A stretch of 64,000 bases of DNA from the NCBI GenBank assembly GCA_002189035.1, contig NEEC01000159.1:16155-80154 (forward strand). Direction: 5' to 3'. This DNA comes from Utricularia gibba. Taxonomy: Eukaryota; Plantae; Magnoliophyta. The notes beneath the pieces are model-generated. The model saw nothing but the letters and a program-made list of their open reading frames with translations, was not told where the DNA came from and made no database searches. Position 1 is the stretch's first letter; each line of letters begins with the position of its first letter. Positions 25,158 through 38,783 of this stretch are shown piece after piece. Both the position numbers and the translations under genes were made by a program.

Positions 25158-28100
25158 TTCAGATGCGCCACAAAGTGGCCACCACGTTCGCAACGATGCG
25201 ACTTGTAACACCAGAATCGACGCGATTGTGATTTTCGGCTTGCAAAACATCTGCGTTTTTTCGGGTGATGTGAAATATGGGTTTTCGAGGCGATCTTTGC
25301 ACATGCTTAGGGTGTGTCACTACGTGAAGCCTCATGGTTTCCTCGCACACCGTTCGGCATCTCATCGATATCCTGAAGACCGTGATGAGTCACGCTGCGC
25401 CCGGCATACCGTTTCGAAGCTCGTTCCGAGCCGGTCATCTTCCGTGTTTAAAGCTTCTTCGTCCGAGGATGCATCAGAGCTCGAATTATCGCCTTCTATT
25501 AGCCTTCAGATGCGCCAAAGTGGCCACCACGTTCGCGACGATGCGACTTGTAACACCAGAATCGACGCTGATTTTCGGCTTGCAAAACATCTGCGTTTTG
25601 TTGGGTGATGTGAAATATGGGTTTTCGAGGCGATCTATGCACATGCTTAGGGTGTGTTTCTACCCGAAGCCTCATGGTTTCCTCGCACACCGTGCGGCAT
25701 CTCGTCGATATCCTGAAGACCGTGATGAGTCACACTGCGCCGGAATACCGTTTCGAAGCTCGTTCCGAGCCGGTCATCTTCCGTGTTGAAAGCTCTTCGT
25801 CCAAGGATGCAGAGCTCGAATTATCGCCTTCTATTAGCCTTCAGATGCGCCACAAAGTGGCCACCACGTTCGCAACGATGCGACTTGCAACACTAGAATC
25901 GACGCGATTGTGATTTTCGGCTTGCAAAACATCTGCGTTTTTTCGGGTGATGTGAAATATGGGTTTTCGAGGCGATCTTTGCACATGCTTAGGGTGTGTC
26001 ACTACGTGAAGCCTCATGGTTTCCTCGCACACCGTTCGGCATCTCATCGATATCCTGAAGACCGTGATGAGTCACGCTGCGCCGGGCATACCGTTTCGAA
26101 GCTCGTTCCGAGCCGGTCATCTTCCGTGTTTAAAGCTTCTTCGTCCGAGGATGCATCAGAGCTCGAATTATCGCCTTCTATTAGCCTTCAGATGCGCCAC
26201 AAAGTGGCCACCACGTTCGCGACGATGCGACTTGTAACACCAGAATCGACGCGATTGCGATTTTCGGCTTGCAAAACATCTGCGTTTTTTGGGTGATGTG
26301 AAATATGGGTTTTCGAGGCGATCTTGCACATGCTTAGGGTGTGTCTACCCGAAGCCTCATGGTTTCCTCGCACACCGTTCGGCATCTCGTCAAAGACCGT
26401 GATGAGTCACGCTGCGCCCGGAATACCGTTTCGAAGCTCGTTCCGAGCCGGTCATCTTCCGTGTTGAAAGCTTCTTCGTCCAAGGATGCATCAGAGCTCG
26501 AATTATCGCCTTCTATTAGCCTTCAGATGCGCCACAAAGTGGCCACCACGTTCGCAACGATGCGACTTGTAACACCAGAATCGACGCGATTGTGATTTTC
26601 GGCTTGCAAAACATCTGCGTTTTTTCGGGTGATGTGAAATATGGGTTTTCGAGGCGATCTTTGCACATGCTTAGGGTGTGTCACTACGTGAAGCCTCATG
26701 GTTTCCTCGCACACCGTTCGGCATCTCATCGATATCCTGAAGACCGTGATGAGTCACGCTGCGCCCGGCATACCGTTTCGAAGCTCGTTCCGAGCCGGTC
26801 ATCTTCCGTGTTTAAAGCTTCTTCGTCCGAGGATGCATCAGAGCTCGAATTATCGCCTTCTATTAGCCTTCAGATGCGCCACAAAGTGGCCACCACGTTC
26901 GCGACGATGCGACTTGTAACACCAGAATCGACGCGATTGTGATTTTCGGCTTGCAAAACATCTGCGTTTTTTGGGTGATGTGAAATATGGGTTTTCGAGG
27001 CGATCTTGCACATGCTTAGGGTGTGTCTACCGAAGCGGTTACACACCGTTTCGCATCTCGTCGATATCCTGAAGACCGTGATGAGTCACGCTGCGCCGGA
27101 ATACCGTTTCGAAGCTCGTTCCGAGCCGGTCATCTTCCGTGTTGAAAGCCTCTTCGTCCAAGGATGCATCAGAGCTCGAATTATCGCCTTCTATTAGCCT
27201 TCAGATGCGCCACAAAGTGGCCACCACGTTCGCACGATGCGACTTGCAACACAGAATCGACGCGATTGTGATTTTCGGCTTGCAAAACATCTGCGTTTTT
27301 TCGGGTGATGTGAAATATGGGTTTTCGAGGCGATCTTTGCACATGCTTAGGGTGTGTCACTACGTGAAGCCTCATGGTTTCCTCACACCGTTCGGCATCT
27401 CGTCATATCCTGAAGACCGTGATGAGTCACGCTGCGCCCGGCATACCCGTTTCGAAGCTCGTTCCGAGCCGGTCATCTTCCGTGTTTAAAGCTTCTTCGT
27501 CCAAGGATGCATCAGAGCTCGAATTATCGCCTTCTATTAGCCTTCAGATGCGCCAAAGTGGCCACCACGTTCGCGACGATGCGACTTGTAACACCAGAAT
27601 CGACGCGATTGTGATTTTCGGCTTGCAAAACATCTGCGTTTTTTTGGGTGATGTGAAATATGGGTTTTTCGAGGCGATCTTTGCACATGCTTAGGGTGTG
27701 TCTACCCGAAGCCTCATGGTTTCCTCGCACACCGTTCGGCATCTCGTCGATATCCTGAAGACCGTGATGAGTCACGCTGCGCCCGGAATACCGTTTCGAA
27801 GCTCGTTCGAGCCGGTCATCTTCCGTGTTGAAAGCTCTTCGTCCAAGGATGCATCAGAGCTCGAATTATCGCCTTCTATTAGCCTTCAGATGCGCACAAA
27901 GTGGCCACCACGTTCGCAACGATGCGACTTGTAACACAGAATCGACGCGATTGTGATTTTCGGCTTGCAAAACATCTGCGTTTTTTCGGGTGATGTGAAA
28001 TATGGGTTTTCGAGGCGATCTTTGCACATGCTTAGGGTGTCACTACGAAGCCTCATGGTTTCCTCGCACACCGTTCGGCATCTCGTCGATATCCTGAAGA

Positions 28101-31100
28101 CCGTGATGAGTCACGCTGCGCCCGGAATACCGTTTCGAAGCTCGTTCCGAGCCGGTCATCTTCCGTGTTGAAAGCTTCTTCGTCCGAGGATGCATCAGAG
28201 CTCGAATTATCGCCTTCTATTAGCCTTCAGATGCGCCACAAAGTGGCCACCACGTTCGCGACGATGCGACTTGTAACACCAGAATCGACGCGATTGTGAT
28301 TTTCGGCTTGCAAAACATCTGCGTTTTTTCGGGTGATGTGAAATATGGGTTTTCGAGGCGATCTTTGCACATGCTTAGGGTGTGTCACTACGTGAAGCCT
28401 CATGGTTTCCTCGCACACCGTTCGGCATCTCGTCGATATCCTGAAGACCGTGTGATGAGTCACGCTGCGCCCGGCATACCGTTTCGAAGCTCGTTCCGAG
28501 CCGGTCATCTTCCGTGTTTAAAGCTTCTTCGTCCGAGGATGCATCAGAGCTCGAATTATCGCCTTCTATTAGCCTTCAGATGCGCCACAAAGTGGCCACC
28601 ACGTTCGCAACGATGCGACTTGTAACACCAGAATCGACGCGATTGTGATTTTCGGCTTGCAAAACATCTGCGTTTTTTGGGTGATGTGAAATATGGGTTT
28701 TCGAGGCGATCTTGCACATGCTTAGGTGTGTTCTACGTGAAGCCTCATGGTTTCCTCGCACACCGTGGCGGCATCTCGTCGATATCCTGAAGACCGTGAT
28801 GAGTCACGCTGCGCCGGCATACCGTTTCGAAGCTCGTTCCGAGCCGGTCATCTTCCGTGTTTAAAGCTTCTTCGTCCGAGGATGCATCAGAGCTCGAATT
28901 ATCGCCTTCTATTAGCCTTCAGATGCGCCACAAAGTGGCCACCACGTTCGCGACGATGCGACTTGTAACACCAGAATCGACGCGATTGTGATTTTCGGCT
29001 TGCAAAACATCTGCGTTTTTGGGTGATGTGAAATATGGGTTTTCGAGGCGATCTTTGCACATGCTTAGGGTGTGTCACTACCCGAAGCCTCATGGTTTCC
29101 TCGCACACCGTTCGGCATCTCGTCATATCCTGAAGACCGTGATGAGTCACGCTGCGCCCGGATACCGTTTCGAAGCTCGTTCCGAGCCGGTCATCTTCCG
29201 TGTTGAAAGCTTTTCGTCCAAGGATGCATCAGAGCTCGAATTATCGCCTTCTATTAGCCTTCAGATGCGCCACAAAGTGGCCACCACGTTCGCAACGATG
29301 CGACTTGCAACACAGAATCGACGCGATTGTGATTTTCGGCTTGCAAAACATCTGCGTTTTTTCGGGTGATGTGAAATATGGGTTTTCGAGGCGATCTTTG
29401 CACATGCTTAGGGTGTGTCACTACGTGAAGCCTCATGGTTTCCTCGCACACCGTTCGGCATCTCGTCGATATCCTGAAGACCGTGATGAGTCACGCTGCG
29501 CCCGGCATACCGTTTCGAAGCTCGTTCCGAGCCGGTCATCTTCCGTGTTTAAAGCTTCTTCGTCCGAGGATGCATCAGAGCTCGAATTATCGCCTTCTAT
29601 TAGCCTTCAGATGCGCCAAAGTGGCCACCACGTTCGCGACGATGCGACTTGTAACACCAGAATCGACGCGATTGTGATTTTCGGCTTGCAAAACTGCGTT
29701 TTTTGGGTGATGTGAAATATGGGTTTTCGAGGCGATCTTGCACATGCTTAGGGTGTGTCACTACCGAAGCCTCATGGTTTCCTCGCACACCGTTCGGCAT
29801 CTCGTCGATATCTAAAGACCGTGATGAGTCACGCTGCGCCCGGAATACCGTTTCGAAGCTCGTTCCGAGCCGGTCATCTTCCGTGTTGAAAGCTCTTCGT
29901 CCGAGGATGCATCAGAGCTCGAATTATCGCCTTCTATTAGCCTTCAGATGCGCCACAAAGTGGCCACCACGTTCGCAACGATGCGACTTGTAACACCAGA
30001 ATCGACGCGATTGTGATTTTCGGCTTGCAAAACATCTGCGTTTTTTCGGGGTGATGTGAAATATGGGTTTTCGAGGCGATCTTTGCACATGCTTAGGGTG
30101 TGTCTACCGAAGCCTCATGGTTTCCTCGCACACCGTTCGGCATCTCGTCGATATCCTGAAGACCGTGATGAGTCACACTGCGCCCGGAATACCGTTTCGA
30201 AGCTCGTTCCGAGCCGGTCATCTTCCGTGTTGAAAGCTCTTCGTCCAAGGATGCATCAGAGCTCGAATTATCGCCTTCTATTAGCCTTCAGATGCGCCAC
30301 AAAGTGGCCACCACGTTCGCAACGATGCGACTTGCAACACTAGAATCGACGCGATTGTGATTTTCGGCTTGCAAAACATCTGCGTTTTTTGGGTGATGTG
30401 AAATATGGGTTTTCGAGGCGATCTTTGCACATGCTTAGGGTGTGTCCTACGAAGCCTCATGGTTTCCTCGCACACCGTTCGGCATCTCGTCGATATCCTG
30501 AAGACCGTGATGAGTCACGCTGCGCCCGGAATACCGTTTCGAAGCTCGTTCCGAGCCGGTCATCTTCCGTGTTTAAAGCTTCTTCGTCCGAGGATGCATC
30601 AGAGCTCGAATTATCGCCTTCTATTAGCCTTCAGATGCGCCACAAAGTGGCCACCACGTTCGCGACGATGCGACTTGTAACACAGAATCGACGCGATTGT
30701 GATTTTCGGCTTGCAAAACATCTGCGTTTTTTGGGTGATGTGAAATATGGGTTTTCGAGGCGATCTTGCACATGCTTAGGGTGTGTCACTAAAGCCTCAT
30801 GGTTTCCTCGCACACCGTTCGGCATCTCGTCGATATCCTGAAGACCGTGATGAGTCACGCTGCGCCCGGAATACCGTTTCGAAGCTCGTTCCGAGCCGGT
30901 CATCTTCCGTGTTGAAAGCTTCTTCGTCCAAGGATGCATCAGAGCTCGAATTATCGCCTTCTATTAGCCTTCAGATGCGCCACAAAGTGGCCACCACGTT
31001 CGCGACGATGCGACTTGCAACACCAGAATCGACGCGATTGTGATTTTCGGCTTGCAAAACATCTGCGTTTTTTCGGGTGATGTGAAATATGGGTTTTCGA

Positions 31101-32095
31101 GGCGATCTTTGCACATGCTTAGGGTGTGTCACTACGTGAAGCCTCATGGTTTCCTCGCACACCGTTCGGCATCTCATCGATATCCTGAAGACCGTGATGA
31201 GTCACGCTGCGCCCGGCATACCGTTTCGAAGCTCGTTCCGAGCCGGTCATCTTCCGTGTTGAAAGCTTCTTCGTCCGAGGATGCATCAGAGCTCGAATTA
31301 TCGCCTTCTATTAGCCTTCAGATGCGCCACAAAGTGGCCACCACGTTCGCGACGATGCGACTTGTAACACCAGAATCGACGCGATTGTGATTTTCGGCTT
31401 GCAAAACATCTGCGTTTTTTCGGGTGATGTGAAATATGGGTTTTCGAGGCGATCTTTGCACATGCTTAGGGTGTGTCACTACGTGAAGCCTCATGGTTTC
31501 CTCGCACACCGTTCGGCATCTCGTCGATATCCTGAAGACCGTGATGAGTCACGCTGCGCCCGGCATACCGTTTCGAAGCTCGTTCCGAGCCGGTCATCTT
31601 CCGTGTTTAAGCTTCTTCGTCCGAGGATGCATCAGAGCTCGAATTATCGCCTTCTATTAGCCTTCAGATGCGCCACAAAGTGGCCACCGTTCGCGACGAT
31701 GCGACTTGTAACACCAGAATCGACGCGATTGCGATTTTCGGCTTGCAAAACATCTGCGTTTTTTGGGTGATGTGAAATATGGGTTTTCGAGGCGATCTTG
31801 CACATGCTTAGGGTGTGTTTCTACCCGAAGCCTCATGTTTCCTCGCACACCGTTCGGCATCTCGTCGATATCCTAAAGACCGTGATGAGTCACGCTGCGC
31901 CCGGAATACCGTTTCGAAGCTCGTTCCGAGCCGGTCATCTTCCGTGTTGAAAGCTCTTCGTCCAAGGATGCATCAGAGCTCGAATTATCGCCTTCTATTA
32001 GCCTTCAGATGCGCCACAAAGTGGCCACCACGTTCGCAACGATGCGACTTGCAACACCAGAATCGACGCGATTGTGATTTTCGGCTTGCAAAACA

Positions 32096-32442
32096 TCTGC
32101 GTTTTTTCGGGTGATGTGAAATATGGGTTTTCGAGGCGATCTTTGCACATGCTTAGGGTGTGTCACTACGTGAAGCCTCATGGTTTCCTCGCACACCGTT
32201 CGGCATCTCGTCGATATCCTGAAGACCGTGATGAGTCACGCTGCGCCCGGCATACCGTTTCGAAGCTCGTTCCGAGCCGGTCATCTTCCGTGTTTAAAGC
32301 TTCTTCGTCCGAGGATGCATCAGAGCTCGAATTATCGCCTTCTATTAGCCTTCAGATGCGCCACAAAGTGGCCACCACGTTCGCGACGATGCGACTTGTA
32401 ACACCAGAATCGACGCGATTGTGATTTTCGGCTTGCAAAACA
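32096..32442 (+). repeat. Representative B-domain Y-type monomer (347 bp)
   Basis: TCTGCG at 32096 and 32443. Carries GTCACTACGTG, GGCATA, GTTTAAAG, CTTGTAAC and ACCAGAAT. Confidence 0.9.
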
Positions 32443-32740
32443 TCTGCGTTTTTTCGGGTGATGTGAAATATGGGTTTTCGAGGCGATCTTTGCACATGCT
32501 TAGGGTGTGTCACTACGTGAAGCCTCATGGTTTCCTCGCACACCGTTCGGCATCTCGTCGATATCCTGAAGACCGTGATGAGTCACGCTGCGCCCCGGCA
32601 TACCGTTTCGAAGCTCGTTCCGAGCCGGTCATCTTCCGTGTTTAAAAGCTTCTTCGTCCGAGGATGCATCAGAGCTCGAATTATCGCCTTCTATTAGCCT
32701 TCAGATGCGCCACAAAGTGGCCACCACGTTCGCGACGATG

Positions 32741-32760
32741 CGACTTGTAACGCCCGGAAT
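32741..32760 (+). other. Out-of-register junction between domain B and domain C
   Basis: CGACTTGTAA|CGCCCGGAAT joins consensus position ~306 directly to ~149. Flanking SacI sites (32672, 32829) are 157 bp apart instead of ~347. Confidence 0.92.
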
Positions 32761-35700
32761 ACCGTTTCGAAGCTCGTTCCGAGCCGGTCATCTTCCGTGT
32801 TGAAGCTTCTTCGTCCGAGGATGCATCAGAGCTCGAATTATCGCCTTCTATTAGCCTTCAGATGTGCCACAAAGTGGCCACCACGTTCGCGACGATGCGA
32901 CTTGGAACACCAAAATCGACGATTGTAATTTTCGGCTTGCAAAACATCTGCGTTTTTTCGGGTGATGTGAAATATGGGTTTTCGAGGCGATCTTTGCACA
33001 TGCTTAGGGTGTGTCCCTACCGAAGCCTCATGGTTTCCTCGCACACCGTTCGGCATCTCGTCGATATCCTGAAGACCGTGATGAGTCACGCTGCGCCCGG
33101 AATACCGTTTCGAAGCTCGTTCCGAGCCGGTCATCTTCCGTGTTGAAGCTTCTTCGTCCGAGGATGCATCAGAGCTCGAATTATCGCCTTCTATTAGCCT
33201 TCAGATGCGCCACAAAGTGGCCACACGTTCGCGACGATGCGACTTGGAACACCAAAAATCGACGTGATTGTATTTTCGGCTTGCAAAACATCTGCGTTTT
33301 TTGGGTGATGTGAAATATGGGTTTTCGAGGCGATCTTTGCACATGCTTAGGTGTGTCCCTACCCGAAGCCTCATGGTTTCCTCGCACACCGTTCGGCATC
33401 TCGTCGATATCCTGAAGACCGTGATGAGTCACGCTGCCCGAATACCGTTTCGAAGCTCGTTCCGAGCCGGTCATCTTCCGTGTTGAAGCTCTTCGTCCCG
33501 AGGATGCATCAGAGCTCGAATTATCGCCTTCTATTAGCCTTCAGATGTGCCACAAAGTGGCCACCACGTTCGCGACGATGCGACTTGAACACCAGAATCG
33601 ACGTGATTGTAATTTTCGGCTTGCAAAACATCTGCGTTTTTTCGGTGATGTGAAATATGGGTTTTCGAGGCGATCTTTGCACATGCTTAGGGTGTGTCCC
33701 TACCCGAAGCCTCATGGTTTCCTCGCACACCGTTCGGCATCTCGTCGATATCCTGAAGACCGTGATGAGTCACGCTGCGCCCGGCATACCGTTTCGAAGC
33801 TCGTTCCGAGCCGGTCATCTTCCGTGTTTAAAGCTTCTTCGTCCGAGGATGCATCAGAGCTCGAATTATCGCCTTCTATTAGCCTTCAGATGTGCCACAA
33901 AGTGGCCACCACGTTCGCGACGATGCGACTTGGAACACCAAATCGACACGATTGTGATTTTCGGCTTGCAAAACATCTGCGTTTTTTCGGGTGATGTGAA
34001 ATATGGGTTTTCGAGGCGATCTTGCACATGCTTAGGTGTGTCCTACCGAAGCCTCATGGTTCCTCGCACACCGTTCGGCATCTCGTCGATATCCTGAAGA
34101 CCGTGATGAGTCACGCTGCGCCCGGCATACCGTTTCGAAGCTCGTTCCGAGCCGGTCATCTTCCGTGTTGAAAGCTTCTTCGTCCAGGATGCATCAGAGC
34201 TCGAATTATCGCCTTCTATTAGCCTTCAGATGCGCCACAAAGTGGCCACCACGTTCGCGACGATGCGACTTGAACACCAGAATCGACGCGATTGTGATTT
34301 TCGGCTTGCAAAACATCTGCGTTTTTGGGTGATGTGAAATATGGGTTTTCGAGGCGATCTTGCACATGCTTAGGGTGTCCCTACCCGAAGCCTCATGGTT
34401 TCCTCGCACACCGTTCGGCATCTCGTCGATATCCTGAAGACCGTGATGAGTCACGCTGCGCCCGGAATACCGTTTCGAAGCTCGTTCCGAGCCGGTCATC
34501 TTCCGTGTTGAAGCTTCTTCGTCCGAGGATGCATCAGAGCTCGAATTATCGCCTTCTATTAGCCTTCAGATGTGCCACAAAGTGGGCCACCACGTTCGCG
34601 ACGATGCGACTTGGAACACCAAAATCGACGCGATTGTAATTTTCGGCTTGCAAAACATCTGCGTTTTTTCGGGTGATGTGAAATATGGGTTTTCGAGGCG
34701 ATCTTTGCACATGCTTAGGGGTGTCCCTACCGAAGCCTCATGGTTTCCTCGCACACCGTTCGGCATCTCGTCGATATCCTGAAGACCGTGATGAGTCACG
34801 CTGCGCCCGGCATACCTTTTCGAAGCTCGTTCCGAGCCGGTCATCTTCCGTGTTTAAAGCTTCTTCGTCCGAGGATGCATCAGAGCTCGAATTATCGCCT
34901 TCTATTAGCCTTCAGATGTGCCACAAAGTGGCCACCACGTTCGCGACGATGCGACTTGGAACACCAAAATCGACGCGATTGTGATTTTCGGCTTGCAAAA
35001 CATCTGCGTTTTTTCGGGTGATGTGAATATGGGTTTTCGAGGCGATCTTTGCACATGCTTAGGGTGTGTCCCTACCGAAGCCTCATGGTTTCCTCGCACA
35101 CCGTTCGGCATCTCGTCGATATCCTGAAGACCGTGATGAGTCACGCTGCGCCCGGAATACCGTTTCGAAGCTCGTTCCGAGCCGGTCATCCGTGTTGAAA
35201 GCTTCTTCGTCCGAGGATGCATCAGAGCTCGAATTATCGCCTTCTATTAGCCTTCAGATGTGCCACAAAGTGGCCACCACGTTCGCGACGATGCGACTTG
35301 AACACCAAAATCGACGTGATTGTAATTTTCGGCTTGCAAAACATCTGCGTTTTTTCGGGTGATGTGAAATATGGGTTTTCGAGGCGATCTTTGCACATGC
35401 TTAGGGTGTGTCCCTACCGAAGCCTCATGGTTTCCTCGCACACCGTTCGGCATCTCGTCGATATCCTGAAAGACCGTGATGAGTCACGCTGCGCCCAATA
35501 CCGTTTCGAAGCTCGTTCCGAGCCGGTCATCTTCCGTGTTTAAAGCTTCTTCGTCCGAGGATGCATCAGAGCTCGAATTATCGCCTTCTATTAGCCTTCA
35601 GATGTGCCACAAAGTGGCCACCACGTTCGCGACGATGCGACTTGAACACCAAAATCGACGCGATTGTGATTTTCGGCTTGCAAAACATCTGCGTTTTTTC

Positions 35701-38700
35701 GGGTGATGTGAAATATGGGTTTTCGAGGCGATCTTTGCACATGCTTAGGGTGTGTCCCTACCCGAAGCCTCATGGTTTCCTCGCACACCGTTCGGCATCT
35801 CGTCGATATCCTGAAGACCGTGATGAGTCACGCTGCGCCCGGAATACCGTTTCGAAGCTCGTTCCGAGCCGGTCATCTTCCGTGTTGAAGCTTCTTCGTC
35901 CGAGGATGCATCAGAGCTCGAATTATCGCCTTCTATTAGCCTTCAGATGTGCCACAAAGTGGCCACCACGTTCGCGACGATGCGACTTGGAACACCAAAA
36001 TCGACGCGATTGTAATTTTCGGCTTGCAAAACATCTGCGTTTTTTCGGGTGATGTGAAATATGGGTTTTCGAGGCGATCTTTGCACATGCTTAGGGTGTG
36101 TCCCTACCGAAGCCTCATGGTTTCCTCGCACACCGTTCGGCATCTCGTCGATATCCTGAAGACCGTGATGAGTCACGCTGCGCCCGGAATACCGTTTCGA
36201 AGCTCGTTCCGAGCCGGTCATCTTCCGTGTTTAAAGCTTCTTCGTCCGAGGATGCATCAGAGCTCGAATTATCGCCTTATATTAGCCTTCAGATGTGCCA
36301 CAAAGTGGCCACCACGTTCGCGACGATGCGACTTGAACACCAAATCGACGTGATTGTAATTTTCGGCTTGCAAAACATCTGCGTTTTTTCGGGTGATGTG
36401 AAATATGGGTTTTCGAGGCGATCTTTGCACATGCTTAGGGTGTGTCCCTACCGAAGCCTCATGGTTTCCTCGCACACCGTTCGGCATCTCGTCGATATCC
36501 TGAAGACCGTGATGAGTCACGCTGCGCCCGGAATACCGTTTCGAAGCTCGTTCCGAGCCGGTCATCTTCCGTGTTGAAAGCTTCTTCGTCCGAGGATGCA
36601 TCAGAGCTCGAATTATCGCCTTCTATTAGCCTTCAGATGTGCCACAAAGTGGCCACCACGTTCGCGACGATGCGACTTGGAACACCAAAATCGACGCGAT
36701 TGTGATTTTCGGCTTGCAAAACATCTGCGTTTTGGGTGATGTGAAATATGGGTTTTCGAGGCGATCTTTGCACATGCTTAGGGTGTGTCCCTACCCGAAG
36801 CCTCATGGTTTCCTCGCACACCGTTCGGCATCTCGTCGATATCCTGAAGACCGTGATGAGTCACGCTGCGCCCGGAATACCGTTTCGAAGCTCGTTCCGA
36901 GCCGGTCATCTTCCGTGTTGAAAGCTTCTTCGTCCGAGGATGCATCAGAGCTCGAATTATCGCCTTCTATTAGCCTTCAGATGCGCCACAAAGTGGCCAC
37001 CACGTTCGCGACGATGCGACTTGAACACCAAATCGACGCGATTGTGATTTTCGGCTTGCAAAACATCTGCGTTTTTTGGGTGATGTGAAATATGGGTTTT
37101 CGAGGCGATCTTTGCACATGCTTAGGGGTGTCCCTACCCGAAGCCTCATGGTTTCCTCGCACACCGTTCGGCATCTCGTCGATATCCTGAAGACCGTGAT
37201 GAGTCACGCTGCGCCCGGAATACCGTTTCGAAGCTCGTTCCGAGCCGGTCATCTTCCGTGTTGAATGCTTCTTCGTCCGAGGATGCATCAGAGCTCGAAT
37301 TATCGCCTTATATTAGCCTTCAGATGTGCCACAAAGTGGCCACCACGTTCGCGACGACGCGACTTGGAACACCAAAATCGACGTGATTGTAATTTTCGGC
37401 TTGCAAAACATCTGCGTTTTTTGGTGATGTGAAATATGGGTTTTCGAGGCGATCTTTGCACATGCTTAGGGTGTGTCCCTACCGAAGCCTCATGGTTTCC
37501 TCGCACACCGTTCGGCATCTCGTCGATATCCTGAAGACCGTGATGAGTCACGCTGCGCCCGGAATACCGTTTCGAAGCTCGTTCCGAGCCGGTCATCTTC
37601 CGTGTTGAAGCTTCTTCGTCCGAGGATGCATCAGAGCTCGAATTATCGCCTTATTAGCCTTCAGATGTGCCACAAAGTGGCCACCACGTTCGCGACGATG
37701 CGACTTGGAACACCAAAATCGACGCGATTGTAATTTTCGGCTTGCAAAACATCTGCGTTTTTTCGGGTGATGTGAAATATGGGTTTTCGAGGCGATCTTT
37801 GCACATGCTTAGGGTGTGTCCCTACCCGAAGCCTCATGGTTTCCTCGCACACCGTTCGGCATCTCGTCGATATCCTGAAGACCGTGATGAGTCACGCTGC
37901 GCCCGGAATACCGTTTCGAAGCTCGTTCCGAGCCGGTCATCTTCCGTGTTGAAGCTTCTTCGTCCGAGGATGCATCAGAGCTCGAATTATCGCCTTCTAT
38001 TAGCCTTCAGATGTGCCACAAAGTGGCCACCACGTTCGCGACGATGCGACTTGGAACACCAAAATCGACGCGATTGTGATTTTCGGCTTGCAAAACATCT
38101 GCGTTTTTCGGGTGATGTGAAATATGGGTTTTCGAGGCGATCTTTGCACATGCTTAGGGTGTGTCCCTACCGAAGCCTCATGGTTTCCTCGCACACCGTT
38201 CGGCATCTCGTCGATATCCTGAAGACCGTGATGAGTCACGCTGCGCCCGGAATACCGTTTCGAAGCTCGTTCCGAGCCGGTCATCTTCCGTGTTGAAGCT
38301 TCTTCGTCCGAGGATGCATCAGAGCTCGAATTATCGCCTTCTATTAGCCTTCAGATGTGCCACAAAGTGGCCACCACGTTCGCGACGATGCGACTTGAAC
38401 ACCAAAATCGACGTGATTGTAATTTTCGGCTTGCAAAACATCTGCGTTTTTTCGGGTGATGTGAAATATGGGTTTTCGAGGCGATCTTTGCACATGCTTA
38501 GGGTGTGTCCCTACCGAAGCCTCATGGTTTCCTCGCACACCGTTCGGCATCTCGTCGATATCCTGAAGACCGTGATGAGTCACGCTGCGCCCGCATACCG
38601 TTTCGAAGCTCGTTCCGAGCCGGTCATCTTCCGTGTTTAAAGCTTCTTTCGTGAGGATGCATCAGAGCTCGAATTATCGCCTTCTATTAGCCTTCAGATG

Positions 38701-38783
38701 TGCCACAAAGTGGCCACCACGTTCGCGACGATGCGACTTGGAACACCAAAATCGACCGATTGTGATTTTCGGCTTGCAAAACA

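Larger units (their letters stand above)
19991..32750 (+). repeat. Satellite domain B: distinct subfamily, ~37 monomers, two interleaved monomer types (X, Y)
   Basis: Alleles confined to this interval are GTCACTACGTG (20485-32510), GTCCAAGG (20281-31965), TTCGCAAC, CTCATCGAT, CTTGCAAC, ACTAGAAT, CCTAAAG, CACACTG, GATCTATGC and GATTGCGAT. ATGCGCC, CTTGTAAC/CTTGCAAC and ACCAGAAT are nearly fixed. The left boundary is approximate. Confidence 0.9.
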
